Below are positions 35,110-44,410 of a DNA stretch of 64,000 nucleotides, piece by piece. A model generated the notes under the pieces. It saw only the letters and a program-made list of their open reading frames with translations. It was not told the DNA's origin and searched no databases. Source of the stretch: an uncultured Anaerolineaceae bacterium (lineage in GTDB: Bacteria > Chloroflexota > Anaerolineae > Anaerolineales > E44-bin32); the NCBI GenBank assembly GCA_964475265.1, contig CAYYVY010000006.1, positions 761 to 64,760 on the forward strand, in the 5' to 3' direction. How positions within the stretch are numbered: the first letter of the stretch is position 1; each line of letters opens with the position of its first letter. The translations under genes and the position numbers were made by a program.

Positions 35110-36345
35110 ATGGATGACTTAAAGTTCGAACAACAAGCCGATTTGCTGATGCAAGGAACTGAATACGGGGACGAGAATCTCAAGCAATCGATGCGAGATG
35201 AATTATTAAATCGCCTCCAACAGGCGAAGAAGGAAGGGCGAACGCTGCGCGTGTATTGCGGCTTCGATCCACGCACGACCGACCTGCATCTGGGCCACAC
35301 AGTGCCCATGCGTAAACTGCGCCAATTTCAAGACCTGGGACACGAGGTCATTTTCTTGGTCGGACGTTTCACGTCGTTGGTCGGCGATCCATCCGACAAG
35401 GACAAGGTGCGTGCACAGTTATCCCCGGAACAGGCTTTGAAAAACGCCGAGACTTACGCCAATCAAGCGTTTCGCATACTCGATCCGCAGCGCACCAAGA
35501 TCGAATACAACGATACCTGGTTATCGAAGCTGACGTTCGAAGACCTGATACATTTGGCCGCGAATTTCACCATACAGCAGTTCCTTGCGCGGGACGCTTT
35601 TCGAAAACGCTTGGATCAGGAAGATGCGATTTACCTTCACGAATTCTTTTACGCATTGATGCAGGGATACGATGCGTATCACCTGAAGACCGACGTGCAG
35701 GTCGGCGGGACCGATCAGCTTTTCAACATCGTCACCGCAGCCCGAAAATTAATGGAAGCCAAAGGGGTGAAACCAAATATCGCCATTATCCTCGGCATCC
35801 TTCCCGGGACGGATGGTGTGGTGAAAATGAGCAAATCGCTCGGCAATCACATCCCGCTGAACAGCACACCGGAGGACATGTATGGCAAGGTGATGAGCGT
35901 GCCCGATGCTGCGATGGGAGATTACTTCCGGCTGGTCACGCGCTGGACGCCTCCGGAGATCGAAGCTATCGAAGCCGGATTGAATTCCGGCAAGTCCCAC
36001 CCGCGAGACGTGAAGATGAAATTGGCGCGGGAAATCGTCGGAATTTATTACGGCGAAGATGCCGTGCAGCCGGCGGAAGATGCGTTTAAGAAGATATTTC
36101 AAGAGCAGGAAACGCCTTCCGACATACCGGATTTTGTCGTCCAGACGGGATCGTCGCTGGTGACAATCATGAAGGACGCAGGTTTGGTGAAGAGCAACAG
36201 CGAGGCTCGCCGCCTGGTCCAACAAAAAGGCGTACGCCTGGACGACGTCGTCGTCGAGGACGCGGATCAGGCTGTCGAAATCACAGCGCCGGCCGTACTG
36301 CGGGTGGGGAAACGCCGATTCGTGCGGTTGGTGCCCGGGGATTGA
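35110..36345 (+). CDS. tyrS: tyrosine--tRNA ligase (with C-terminal S4-like domain)
   Basis: Contains DLHLGH and KMSKSLGN, with a C-terminal S4 fold (SNSEARRLVQQKGVRLDD). I prefer the start at ATG 35110 or GTG 35107. The in-frame upstream extension to 34936 would encode the terminator hairpin. Confidence 0.9.
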   Translation: MDDLKFEQQADLLMQGTEYGDENLKQSMRDELLNRLQQAKKEGRTLRVYCGFDPRTTDLHLGHTVPMRKLRQFQDLGHEVIFLVGRFTSLVGDPSDKDKVRAQLSPEQALKNAETYANQAFRILDPQRTKIEYNDTWLSKLTFEDLIHLAANFTIQQFLARDAFRKRLDQEDAIYLHEFFYALMQGYDAYHLKTDVQVGGTDQLFNIVTAARKLMEAKGVKPNIAIILGILPGTDGVVKMSKSLGNHIPLNSTPEDMYGKVMSVPDAAMGDYFRLVTRWTPPEIEAIEAGLNSGKSHPRDVKMKLAREIVGIYYGEDAVQPAEDAFKKIFQEQETPSDIPDFVVQTGSSLVTIMKDAGLVKSNSEARRLVQQKGVRLDDVVVEDADQAVEITAPAVLRVGKRRFVRLVPGD

Positions 36346-36377
36346 CAATTCTCCGCCACGGGATAAGGACAAAGACT

Positions 36378-36410
36378 AAAAGGGCGCGGATACAATAGCG
36401 CCCTTTTTTT
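36378..36410. terminator. bidirectional intrinsic terminator between convergent tyrS and rtcB
   Basis: AAAA-GGGCGC-loop-GCGCCC-TTTTTTT: the stem is flanked by an A-run and a T-run. Confidence 0.8.
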
Positions 36411-36433
36411 CGTAAAGCGGATTTAGAATCGAC

Positions 36434-37885
36434 TCAGCCTTTAATCACGACCAGCGGCTTGAGACGGGCGACCTTTTTTGCGATTCCCGCCTCGCAGACA
36501 ACATCGACGACTTTATCCACATCTTTGTAAGCTTGTGGTGCTTCTTCCGCCAACCCCGGCATCGATCCGGCGCGGATGTGAATTCCCTGACTTTCAAGTT
36601 TGGTCAAGAGCTGTTCGCCTCGCACGGAGCGTTTCGCTTGCTTGCGGCTCATCGTTCGCCCAGCGCCGTGGCACGAAGAACCGAAAGCCAGGTTCATGCT
36701 CGCCTCCGTACCCAAAAGGACCCATGATCCCGTTCCCATGCTGCCGGGGATAATTACCGGCTGGCCTAGATCTCTATATTCCTCGGGAAGTTCTTCGAAG
36801 CCAGGGCCGAAGGCGCGGGTGGCTCCTTTGCGGTGCACACAGACAGTTACTTCTTCTCCATCGATGCGGTGTATCTCGATTTTCCCCATATTGTGGGCGA
36901 TATCATACACCAAGGAGAGATCCCAGTTGCCTACCTTGCCGGCCAGAACTTCCTCGAAAGCCATGCGGGCATGATGGGTCAGGACCTGACGGTTGGCAAA
37001 AGCGTAATTGGCGGCACATGCCATGGCGGCGAAATAGCGCTTCCCTTCGGGGGAATCCAATGGGGCGCAGACAAGTTCTCGGTCCGGCAGTCGAATGTTG
37101 TAGCGCTGGACGGCGTTCTGGAGTTCGCGTACGTAGTCCGAACACACTTGATGTCCAAATCCCCGCGAGCCGCAGTGGATCTGAACGGCCAGGTTGCCGG
37201 CATACAGGCCCATCGCCCGTGCAGCCTCGGCGTGGAAAATCTCTTCGATGATGTCGACTTCGATGAAGTGGTTGCCAGCGCCCAACGTCCCCAACTGAGG
37301 CCGGCCGCGTTGTTTGGCGCGATCGCTCACGCAGCTAGGATCGGCATCCGCCAGCCGTCCTTGTTCCTCCGTTCGTAGCACGTCCTCGAATGTGGCAAAT
37401 CCGTTCCTTTCAGCCCACTCCGAACCCTGGCGCAGGACTTTATCGAGAGCCTTCGCAGTGAGTCGAACGCTGCCTTTTACGCCAACGCCGCTGGGGCAAT
37501 GCGCGTACAGCGCGCTCGCCAGATCGTCGAGCCAGGGTTCAGCTTCATCCACAGTAATTTCACTCGACAGCACACGCACACCGCAGTTGATGTCGTAACC
37601 AATTCCGCCGGGAGAAATAACGCCGTCGGGCAGCTTCGTGGCCGCCACGCCGCCGATGGGGAAGCCGTAGCCCTGATGGACGTCCGGCATGACTACGACG
37701 TGACTCACGAGGCCAGGGAGTGTCGCCACATTAACGGCTTGCTCGATCGAGCGATCCCCGAGAGTCGCTTCCAAGATTTTTTCGCTGGCAAAGATGCGCA
37801 CAGGCACGCGCATGTCCTGGCGAAACGATTGTGGAATTTCCCAGGTGACGGGATTCAGACGACGAAAATCTTGTTTGCGGATCAT
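36434..37885 (-). CDS. rtcB: RNA 3'-phosphate/5'-OH ligase RtcB
   Basis: 483 aa with RtcB motifs ([35 protein letters not shown]). Confidence 0.95.
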   Translation of the reverse strand: MIRKQDFRRLNPVTWEIPQSFRQDMRVPVRIFASEKILEATLGDRSIEQAVNVATLPGLVSHVVVMPDVHQGYGFPIGGVAATKLPDGVISPGGIGYDINCGVRVLSSEITVDEAEPWLDDLASALYAHCPSGVGVKGSVRLTAKALDKVLRQGSEWAERNGFATFEDVLRTEEQGRLADADPSCVSDRAKQRGRPQLGTLGAGNHFIEVDIIEEIFHAEAARAMGLYAGNLAVQIHCGSRGFGHQVCSDYVRELQNAVQRYNIRLPDRELVCAPLDSPEGKRYFAAMACAANYAFANRQVLTHHARMAFEEVLAGKVGNWDLSLVYDIAHNMGKIEIHRIDGEEVTVCVHRKGATRAFGPGFEELPEEYRDLGQPVIIPGSMGTGSWVLLGTEASMNLAFGSSCHGAGRTMSRKQAKRSVRGEQLLTKLESQGIHIRAGSMPGLAEEAPQAYKDVDKVVDVVCEAGIAKKVARLKPLVVIKG

Positions 37886-37897
37886 ATTGCCCTCCCA

Positions 37898-38332
37898 CTA
37901 CACGTCAAAAACGATGGTCGTGATATAGCCGTCATCGGTCGCCTGGATTTTCAGGTCGTGGAACGTCACTGCCTTAATCTCTTTTTTGATACTTGCGAGC
38001 GGTGTTTCTTGAACGATTGCTCGTAGGCGGCAATTCTCCACTTCCCGAACCTCGATATCCGTGTAATTCACTTCGTGGGTCTCCATATTGAAGAGTAATT
38101 CCTCCAACCAAGTCACCATCAAGGTTTCGTTGTCGATCGCTCGTAGATCAACAAGCTTTGAGCGAGTTTTCCCGCGATGTGATGAAGCCTGGATGAAGTG
38201 CAGCATTCCCAGGGCGGCGTTTTGAAACAGTGTCTTGAGATCCTTGCCACGAATACGGATCGCCCAGTCTGCAGTATGTTCGATTTCTTCGATAGCAATA
38301 TTTTCTTGGTCGAGGCGCGCTGATTCGTCCAT
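37898..38332 (-). CDS. archease (RtcB activator)
   Basis: 144 aa with the EHTADWAIRIRG motif, immediately upstream of rtcB. Confidence 0.85.
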   Translation of the reverse strand: MDESARLDQENIAIEEIEHTADWAIRIRGKDLKTLFQNAALGMLHFIQASSHRGKTRSKLVDLRAIDNETLMVTWLEELLFNMETHEVNYTDIEVREVENCRLRAIVQETPLASIKKEIKAVTFHDLKIQATDDGYITTIVFDV

Positions 38333-38461
38333 CTGCTAACTTTTACTCCATCTATATAGTATTATATGGCATGATTGGATTAGCTAAGGATTGCATGAAA
38401 GTCCAATTAATCTTATTTGCTGAGGGTTTATTGAATCCAAGCAGTAGCTTATAATTTGAAT

Positions 38462-39313
38462 ATGGACGACCGACTTCAAACACTTGCAAAGACCATCCAA
38501 CTGGCGATTCACAACAGCGTCAAACTCTTGCCTTGGCGTGATTTTTCAGTTTCAACCCTTTCCCATCAAATCGCAACCGAAGTGTTAGCTACGGCTAAGG
38601 TCGATCGCGATGCGCAGAGTTTCGCCCCCGATCAATTTACATTGACCATTCATCCACACGAGACGGGTGAGCTGCAATCCGTCAAGCCTGAGATTCAGGA
38701 CGATTTGGCCGCGCAACTTCAAAAGGCGTTGAAGGAATGTAATTTCTCGTTTACCAGAGAACCGCATATCACCTTGGCGACGGATCCCACGCTGAAGAAG
38801 GGTGAAATACGGGTAATTGCGTGGCACAGTGCGGATCCGATGGAGATCACTCCCGATCCGAGATCTCTATCTGTTGTTCAGTCCGAGCTGCCCAGGACGA
38901 AAGCTTTCCTCGTTGTGGAAGGTCGCAGGCATTTCCCACTCAGCAAACCGGTAATCAATATTGGCCGTCGAGTCGATAACGATCTCGTGTTGGATGGCCA
39001 TCACGTTTCACGAAGACATGCGCAGTTACAAGCCCATGAAGGACGATATCAGATCGTCGATCTCGAATCGATGGCGGGCGTTAAGGTAAACGGACGCAAG
39101 GTTCAAAAACTAACATTGTTCGCCGGCGACGTGATCACCTTGGCCGATGTTGAGTTGGTTTACGCAGAAGGGGCGGAAGGTCCGCCCGCTGTCACACCAC
39201 CGTACAGTCCTCGCACGAAACCAGTTGATGAACGTGATGTCGAAACCCCACTCTATATGTCCAAGTCGGAACTCAATGGTGATACCACGCCGACGGGAAA
39301 GTCGGACGAGTGA
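38462..39313 (+). CDS. FhaA-like protein (N-terminal helical region + C-terminal FHA domain), paralogue 1
   Basis: The C-terminal FHA domain reads INIGRRVDNDLVLDGHHVSRRHAQL...VDLESMAGVKVNGRKV. The start is ATG 38462 or TTG 38456. Confidence 0.8.
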   Translation: MDDRLQTLAKTIQLAIHNSVKLLPWRDFSVSTLSHQIATEVLATAKVDRDAQSFAPDQFTLTIHPHETGELQSVKPEIQDDLAAQLQKALKECNFSFTREPHITLATDPTLKKGEIRVIAWHSADPMEITPDPRSLSVVQSELPRTKAFLVVEGRRHFPLSKPVINIGRRVDNDLVLDGHHVSRRHAQLQAHEGRYQIVDLESMAGVKVNGRKVQKLTLFAGDVITLADVELVYAEGAEGPPAVTPPYSPRTKPVDERDVETPLYMSKSELNGDTTPTGKSDE

Positions 39314-39347
39314 AATCCAGACCCACATCCATCTGAAGAATGAGTGC

Positions 39348-40169
39348 ATGAAAGAGCATTTTAGTAGACTAGAGGAGCGAATTGAAGGTCTCGTCGAGGG
39401 CGCATTGAGCCGCTTGCTCGGGGCTCAGGTTCAACCTGCGATGCTGGCGAGTCAATTGGCGCGGGCGATGAGCGATGGCGTGCGAAATGGAGAGGGGGAT
39501 CAATTACTCGCACCCGATCGATATGCGCTGACGTTCAATCAAACCGCTGTAGAGATGCTCTTACAGAAAATCCCCGATCTACGGGATGAGCTGGCTGCTG
39601 GTTTATTATCCATTGTGCGTGAGAGCGGCTATTTTCTCTCCTGCGAACCACATATAACGATTGCTGCCGATCCAACGCTGTCGGAGCACGAAGTGCGCGT
39701 TGTTGCCTGGCACAGCGAAACACTGATCGAGGCCACACAAGGGATGTCCCACGATCTCAGCACAGAACAAGGGGAGATGCCGATTGGCGCCTACCTCATC
39801 GTGAGTGGTTCTCGCCATTTTCCGTTGGACCGTCCGGTCATCAACATCGGACGCCGCCTCGACAATCAACTCATCCTGGACGATCCGCACGTATCACGAA
39901 CTCATGCCCAGCTGCGGCTGCGAGACTCTCGTTTCGTTCTGTTCGACCTTGGATCTACGTCTGGAACGCGCGTCAACGACCGCAAAGCGAAGCAGCATGT
40001 TTTGCAGCCGGGGGACGTGATTACCATCGCCAGTACGCGTCTTGTGTACGGCGAAGATCCCGACGGGCCGCCGGATGAGACTCCCTCTTATCATCCCCCA
40101 TTTCCACCTCGACCGGCTGGGGATCAACCGACCAGAACGACGCTAAAAAAGGATCTTTCGGAACGGTGA
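39348..40169 (+). CDS. FhaA-like protein (DUF3662-like N-terminus + FHA), paralogue 2
   Basis: Starts MKEHFSRLEERIEGLVEGALSRLLG (DUF3662-type). Its FHA domain reads INIGRRLDNQLILDDPHVSRTHAQL...FDLGSTSGTRVNDRKA. It is clearly paralogous to the preceding gene (EPHIT[LI]A[TA]DPTL...VRV[IV]AWHS). Confidence 0.8.
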   Translation: MKEHFSRLEERIEGLVEGALSRLLGAQVQPAMLASQLARAMSDGVRNGEGDQLLAPDRYALTFNQTAVEMLLQKIPDLRDELAAGLLSIVRESGYFLSCEPHITIAADPTLSEHEVRVVAWHSETLIEATQGMSHDLSTEQGEMPIGAYLIVSGSRHFPLDRPVINIGRRLDNQLILDDPHVSRTHAQLRLRDSRFVLFDLGSTSGTRVNDRKAKQHVLQPGDVITIASTRLVYGEDPDGPPDETPSYHPPFPPRPAGDQPTRTTLKKDLSER

Positions 40170-40612
40170 ACTACGACGTTCTGTTCCTGGTGCTGAGATT
40201 ACTCGCAGCGCTGATTCTCTACTTGTTCATTGCGGGAGTGATCCTCATGCTCTGGCGTGATCTACGCGCTGCGAGTTTGTACGCACTGCACATTCCCATC
40301 GCCTACCTCAGGATCGAAGGAATGGGGGAAGAATCCGGCCGGTTCAAGCTGCAAGAAGAAAACATCATCGGACGTGCGGTGGAGAACACGATTCCGATCG
40401 TCAACGAGACTGTTTCCACGCGGCATGCGCGATTGGCGTTTTACAAAGGTCAGTGGCTGTTGGAAGACTTGGGTTCCAGAAATGGAACGCGGGTCAACGA
40501 AGTCCCCGTGAATGAACCCCTCGTATTGGCGGATGGGGATCGAATTCAGTTGGGAAAAGTAGTGGCACGATTTGAAACGAACCTTTCGGAATTGGAACGT
40601 GTGCAAGGCTGA
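40166..40612 (+). CDS. membrane-anchored FHA-domain protein (FhaB/FipA-like)
   Basis: 148 aa with an N-terminal TM segment (LLAALILYLFIAGVILMLW). The C-terminal FHA domain reads IIGRAVENTIPIVNETVSTRHARL...LEDLGSRNGTRVNEVPV. A GTGA overlap joins it to the upstream stop. Confidence 0.75.
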   Translation: MNYDVLFLVLRLLAALILYLFIAGVILMLWRDLRAASLYALHIPIAYLRIEGMGEESGRFKLQEENIIGRAVENTIPIVNETVSTRHARLAFYKGQWLLEDLGSRNGTRVNEVPVNEPLVLADGDRIQLGKVVARFETNLSELERVQG

Positions 40613-40761
40613 GCGCCACGGAATAACTGCTTCTGGATAGCGTTTCGTTATCGTGAGAATCCCGCATTCGATTCGCCCTCCGTCTTGCCACCATGAGCCG
40701 TTCAATGACACTTCATCCTTGATATGTTAATATATCGCCTTGGAATCTCACGGGAGGAAGT

Positions 40762-41628
40762 ATGCAAGCTGCGCCTATCCTCGGAGTGATCGGTGGATCC
40801 GGTTTGTACGCCATGGATGGCCTCGAAAATGGGGAATATCATGAGCTTGAGACGCCTTTTGGAAAGCCGTCTTCCCCGTTATTCGTCGGGGAACGGGCTG
40901 GAAAGCGGATCGTATTTCTGGCACGACATGGAATTGGACACGTATATTCGCCCGCAGCGGTGAATTATCGGGCGAACATCTATGCATTGAAAATGATGGG
41001 TGTGGATCGTATCATCGCCGTAAGTGCATGTGGTTCTTTACGCGAGGATTATGCACCCGGCGAGATCGTCGTACCCGACCAGTTATTCGACCGGACAGAG
41101 GGGCGCCCTCGAACTTTCTTTGAGAGCGGCATCGTGGCACACATCAGTGCTGCCGAGCCGTTCTGTGCGGATTTATCACAGGCTTTGGCTGCGAGCGTTG
41201 AATCTGCTGGCGGCTGTGTCCATCGCGGCGGCACCTATATCACCATCCCGGGCCCGCGGTTTTCGACAAAGGCGGAATCGAACACGTATCGTGGTTGGGG
41301 GATGTCCATTATTGGCATGACTACCTGTCCGGAAGCATTTTTGGCTCGGGAAGCCGAGATGTGCTATGCCGTGATGGCGCATGTGACGGATTACGACGTT
41401 TGGCATACCTCCGAGGAACCGGTGAGTGTGGAGCGCATCGTGCGGACTTTACGGGAGAATACGAAGCTCGCGCAAGCCGCGATCATCATTCTCGTCGATC
41501 GTTTGGATGCGTCACGGACCTGTGACTGTGCCAATGCGCTGCAGGATACCATGCTTACTGATTCAGACCATCTCAAATCCGAGACAGCGAGGAGATTGGG
41601 CATTCTTGTCGAGCGCTATCTTCCGTAA
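40762..41628 (+). CDS. mtnP: S-methyl-5'-thioadenosine phosphorylase
   Basis: 288 aa starting ILGVIGGSGLY, with FLARHG..H and a PNP/MTAP family pattern throughout. Confidence 0.9.
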   Translation: MQAAPILGVIGGSGLYAMDGLENGEYHELETPFGKPSSPLFVGERAGKRIVFLARHGIGHVYSPAAVNYRANIYALKMMGVDRIIAVSACGSLREDYAPGEIVVPDQLFDRTEGRPRTFFESGIVAHISAAEPFCADLSQALAASVESAGGCVHRGGTYITIPGPRFSTKAESNTYRGWGMSIIGMTTCPEAFLAREAEMCYAVMAHVTDYDVWHTSEEPVSVERIVRTLRENTKLAQAAIIILVDRLDASRTCDCANALQDTMLTDSDHLKSETARRLGILVERYLP

Positions 41629-44284
41629 CCAGATTGAGGAAAACGATCGACGCGAGGCGCTGCTGTTGGGTCTCGCTTTCATTTTCCTTTGCCTATCGTC
41701 ACTGACTTTATATTTTGCACCCGCTGTGAAGATGCGAACAGTGGATGCGCTTGGGACGCGCTGGCAGCACTTTGGCCTCTTGCCCGTATGGCTGATCGCG
41801 GCGATTGCTTTACGACAGTCCTTGCGGCGCGTGCGGCCTCTTCGAGATCCTTTTCTCCTACCTCTCGGGTTGCTTCTAGGTGGTTGGGGCGTATTAACCA
41901 TCTGGAGATTGGCCCCCGGTTTCGGAATGCGGCAATTGGGGTGGTTTATTCTTGGCGTGGGGGCTATGCTGATCGTGTTCCGTTTGCCTGCGGATTTGCA
42001 CTGGTTGCGGCGTTATCGCTACTTGTGGCTGATCGTGGGTGTCGCCCTGACCGGCTTGACATTGCTGTTGGGCACCAATCCATCCAGTGTCGAACCGCGT
42101 TTGTGGTTGGGATGCTGCGGTATCTACCTTCAACCTTCTGAGCCATTGCGCCTGCTGTTGATCTCGTTTTTCGCATCGTATTTGGCGGATCGAATGGCGT
42201 TTCGTTGGGTGGAACGCTCGAGAATCTGGCCGATTGTATATGCCCCGTTGATCGTTGTGTGGGGTTTGTCTGTCGCTCTACTCGTCATGCAAGGAGACGT
42301 GGGTGCAGGCACGCTCTATCTTGTCATTCTCGCTGCGCTGCTTTACCTGGTAACCGGCAAGCGGCACATCCTCGTCATTGCATTCATCATATTGTTGATT
42401 GGTGGTTTGGCTGGATTTGGGCTATCCGCATCCGTGCAGAATCGCATTCAAGCCTGGATCGATCCGTGGTCCGACCCGAGTGGTGGTTCCTACCAATTGG
42501 TACAGGCACTCATTGCCGTCGCCTCCGGCGGCGTGCTCGGGCGTGGTCCCGGAATCGGCTCCCCCGCATTCGTCCCCGTCGTTCACTCGGATTTCGTTTT
42601 TACGGCGATCGTGGAGGAGTGGGGTCTTCTCGGCGGGCTTGGTCTGATCGCGCTTTTTGCCGTACTCGTGACTCGTGGATTTCGAGCAGCCGCGAGATCC
42701 AAAGAATCCTTCAACGTGATCCTTTCCGCTGGTTTATCGATCGGCTTTGCCTTTCAGGCGATCTTAATTGTCGGGGGCAACATCCGCATGCTGCCGCTCG
42801 TCGGCGTGACGCTGCCCTTTGTGTCCTATGGTGGCTCATCCCTGATGACCAACATGATTGCGTTGTCCTTTCTCCTCTTGCTCTCGGGCAGTTCTGGCGG
42901 CGCCGAACGTTTCTCACGACCTTTGCGCACGATTCATGCGTGGATCACCGCTGCATGGGTAGGTTTGGCCGTTCTACTCGGGTGGTGGACGATCTTCCGT
43001 GCGCCGACACTGACGGCGCGTACGGATAATCCTCGCAGGGCAGTGTCCGAGTTATACAACTTGCGCGGGAGTATCCTCGATCAGACGAATGAAGTGTTGG
43101 CGATGTCCACGGGTGATCAAGGGGCGTATGAACGCCTCTATCCCGCTCCGTGGGCTGCAACGGTAACGGGGTTCAGTTCTCTGGCGTACGGACAAACCGG
43201 CGTAGAGGCATCGATGGACAAATTGTTACGCGGAGAAGATGGCTACCCGCTGTCCGTAAGTTGGTGGAATCGACTGCTCACGGGGTATCCACCACCAGGT
43301 TTGGACGTGCGTTTAACGATCGACGGCGCCTTGCAGCGCAGCGCCTGGGAAACGTTACAGGGCGAGACTGGCGCGATCGTGATCCTCGACCCCTCGCGCG
43401 GCGATGTCCTGGCCATGGTTTCGTCCCCTTCATTCGATCCCAATCGCGTCGACGCGGACTGGTTATCCTTGATCGACCAAGAAGCTGCCCCCCTGTTGAA
43501 TCGCGTCACGCAGGGCCGCTACCAGCCGGGAATGACGTTTGCCCCGTTCGTCTTAGCCTGGTCTGAGATGACCGGTCTGATTGAATTGGATGATCGAGTA
43601 TCGAATGCCGCTGCGGTGATTTCCGTCGACGGTATGGAACTGCGCTGTTTGACGAGCGTGTCCACAGTGGAAGGAGTCGATTACGGCCAGGTACTGCGCG
43701 CAGGATGCCCTGTTCCGTTCGCCGAGCTGGGGGCTGATTTGGGTGAAAATGGCCTCGCAGACATGCTGCAGTCTTTCGGTTTCACCCGTCCGCCTGCAAT
43801 TCGCCTCGAAACCGCTCCTGTGCCGGCTGTGGAAATCGGTCTGAGCGAAACCGATTGGCAGTTTACTGCCATCGGGCAGAGTGAAGTTACCGTTACGCCG
43901 CTGCAAGTCGCACGAGCCTTTGCTGCCGTACTCACGGACGGCGAGCTCCCGGCATTGCGTGTCGTGGCTGCAGTGAAAGATAAGGACGGTCGCTGGCAGG
44001 AAGTCGCTTCTCTTGGTGAGCGAAACGCAGCGATCGATTCCGAAACCAGTGCAAAGGTACGATCGGCACTTACGGACGGGTCGAATTCAATCTTCCGTTA
44101 TGCAGCGGAGGCGGTCGCAGGAATGGAAGAGGAGCGTTTGAGCTGGTTTGTGTGCTCGAATCTCGATGACCTGGGTTCCGAGCGGATGGTGTTGGTGATC
44201 CTGGAAAATGCTCCGCTCGAACGAGCGCAAGCGATTGGCTTGATGCTGCTTGATTGGCAGGAGGCATCCCCCAACGCCCCTTGA
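41606..44284 (+). CDS. fusion protein: N-terminal FtsW/RodA (SEDS) domain + C-terminal class-B PBP-like domain with degenerate catalytic motifs
   Basis: The SEDS part has many TM segments and ...VTLPFVSYGGSSLMTNM. The PBP part aligns by eye to transpeptidases (GAIVILDPSRGDVLAMVSSPSFDPNR; IGQSEVTVTPLQVARAFAAV). However, SxxK reads MTFA (43532-43543) and KTG reads GMEE. The start is uncertain: I favour TTG 41606, 10-12 nt after GAGGAG, and the track ORF start at 41426 lies inside mtnP. Confidence 0.8.
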   Translation: MSSAIFRNQIEENDRREALLLGLAFIFLCLSSLTLYFAPAVKMRTVDALGTRWQHFGLLPVWLIAAIALRQSLRRVRPLRDPFLLPLGLLLGGWGVLTIWRLAPGFGMRQLGWFILGVGAMLIVFRLPADLHWLRRYRYLWLIVGVALTGLTLLLGTNPSSVEPRLWLGCCGIYLQPSEPLRLLLISFFASYLADRMAFRWVERSRIWPIVYAPLIVVWGLSVALLVMQGDVGAGTLYLVILAALLYLVTGKRHILVIAFIILLIGGLAGFGLSASVQNRIQAWIDPWSDPSGGSYQLVQALIAVASGGVLGRGPGIGSPAFVPVVHSDFVFTAIVEEWGLLGGLGLIALFAVLVTRGFRAAARSKESFNVILSAGLSIGFAFQAILIVGGNIRMLPLVGVTLPFVSYGGSSLMTNMIALSFLLLLSGSSGGAERFSRPLRTIHAWITAAWVGLAVLLGWWTIFRAPTLTARTDNPRRAVSELYNLRGSILDQTNEVLAMSTGDQGAYERLYPAPWAATVTGFSSLAYGQTGVEASMDKLLRGEDGYPLSVSWWNRLLTGYPPPGLDVRLTIDGALQRSAWETLQGETGAIVILDPSRGDVLAMVSSPSFDPNRVDADWLSLIDQEAAPLLNRVTQGRYQPGMTFAPFVLAWSEMTGLIELDDRVSNAAAVISVDGMELRCLTSVSTVEGVDYGQVLRAGCPVPFAELGADLGENGLADMLQSFGFTRPPAIRLETAPVPAVEIGLSETDWQFTAIGQSEVTVTPLQVARAFAAVLTDGELPALRVVAAVKDKDGRWQEVASLGERNAAIDSETSAKVRSALTDGSNSIFRYAAEAVAGMEEERLSWFVCSNLDDLGSERMVLVILENAPLERAQAIGLMLLDWQEASPNAP

Positions 44285-44410
44285 CCATGCCTCTCTTCAA
44301 GACTACAATGTTCCTGTGCGTAGGCATCGAGCGGAAGTATACCCGCCGGCCGGTTGCTGTCGTCAGACAGCCCGATCCGGCGGCTTGTGTGTACGGACGA
44401 CGTCTGAATT

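Noticed and set aside
41426-41605. N-terminal 60 codons of the 952-aa track ORF for the SEDS-PBP fusion
   Set aside because: This part lies wholly inside the mtnP coding region in another frame. An in-frame TTG with a GAGGAG SD at 41606 gives a sensible start just before the first TM segment.
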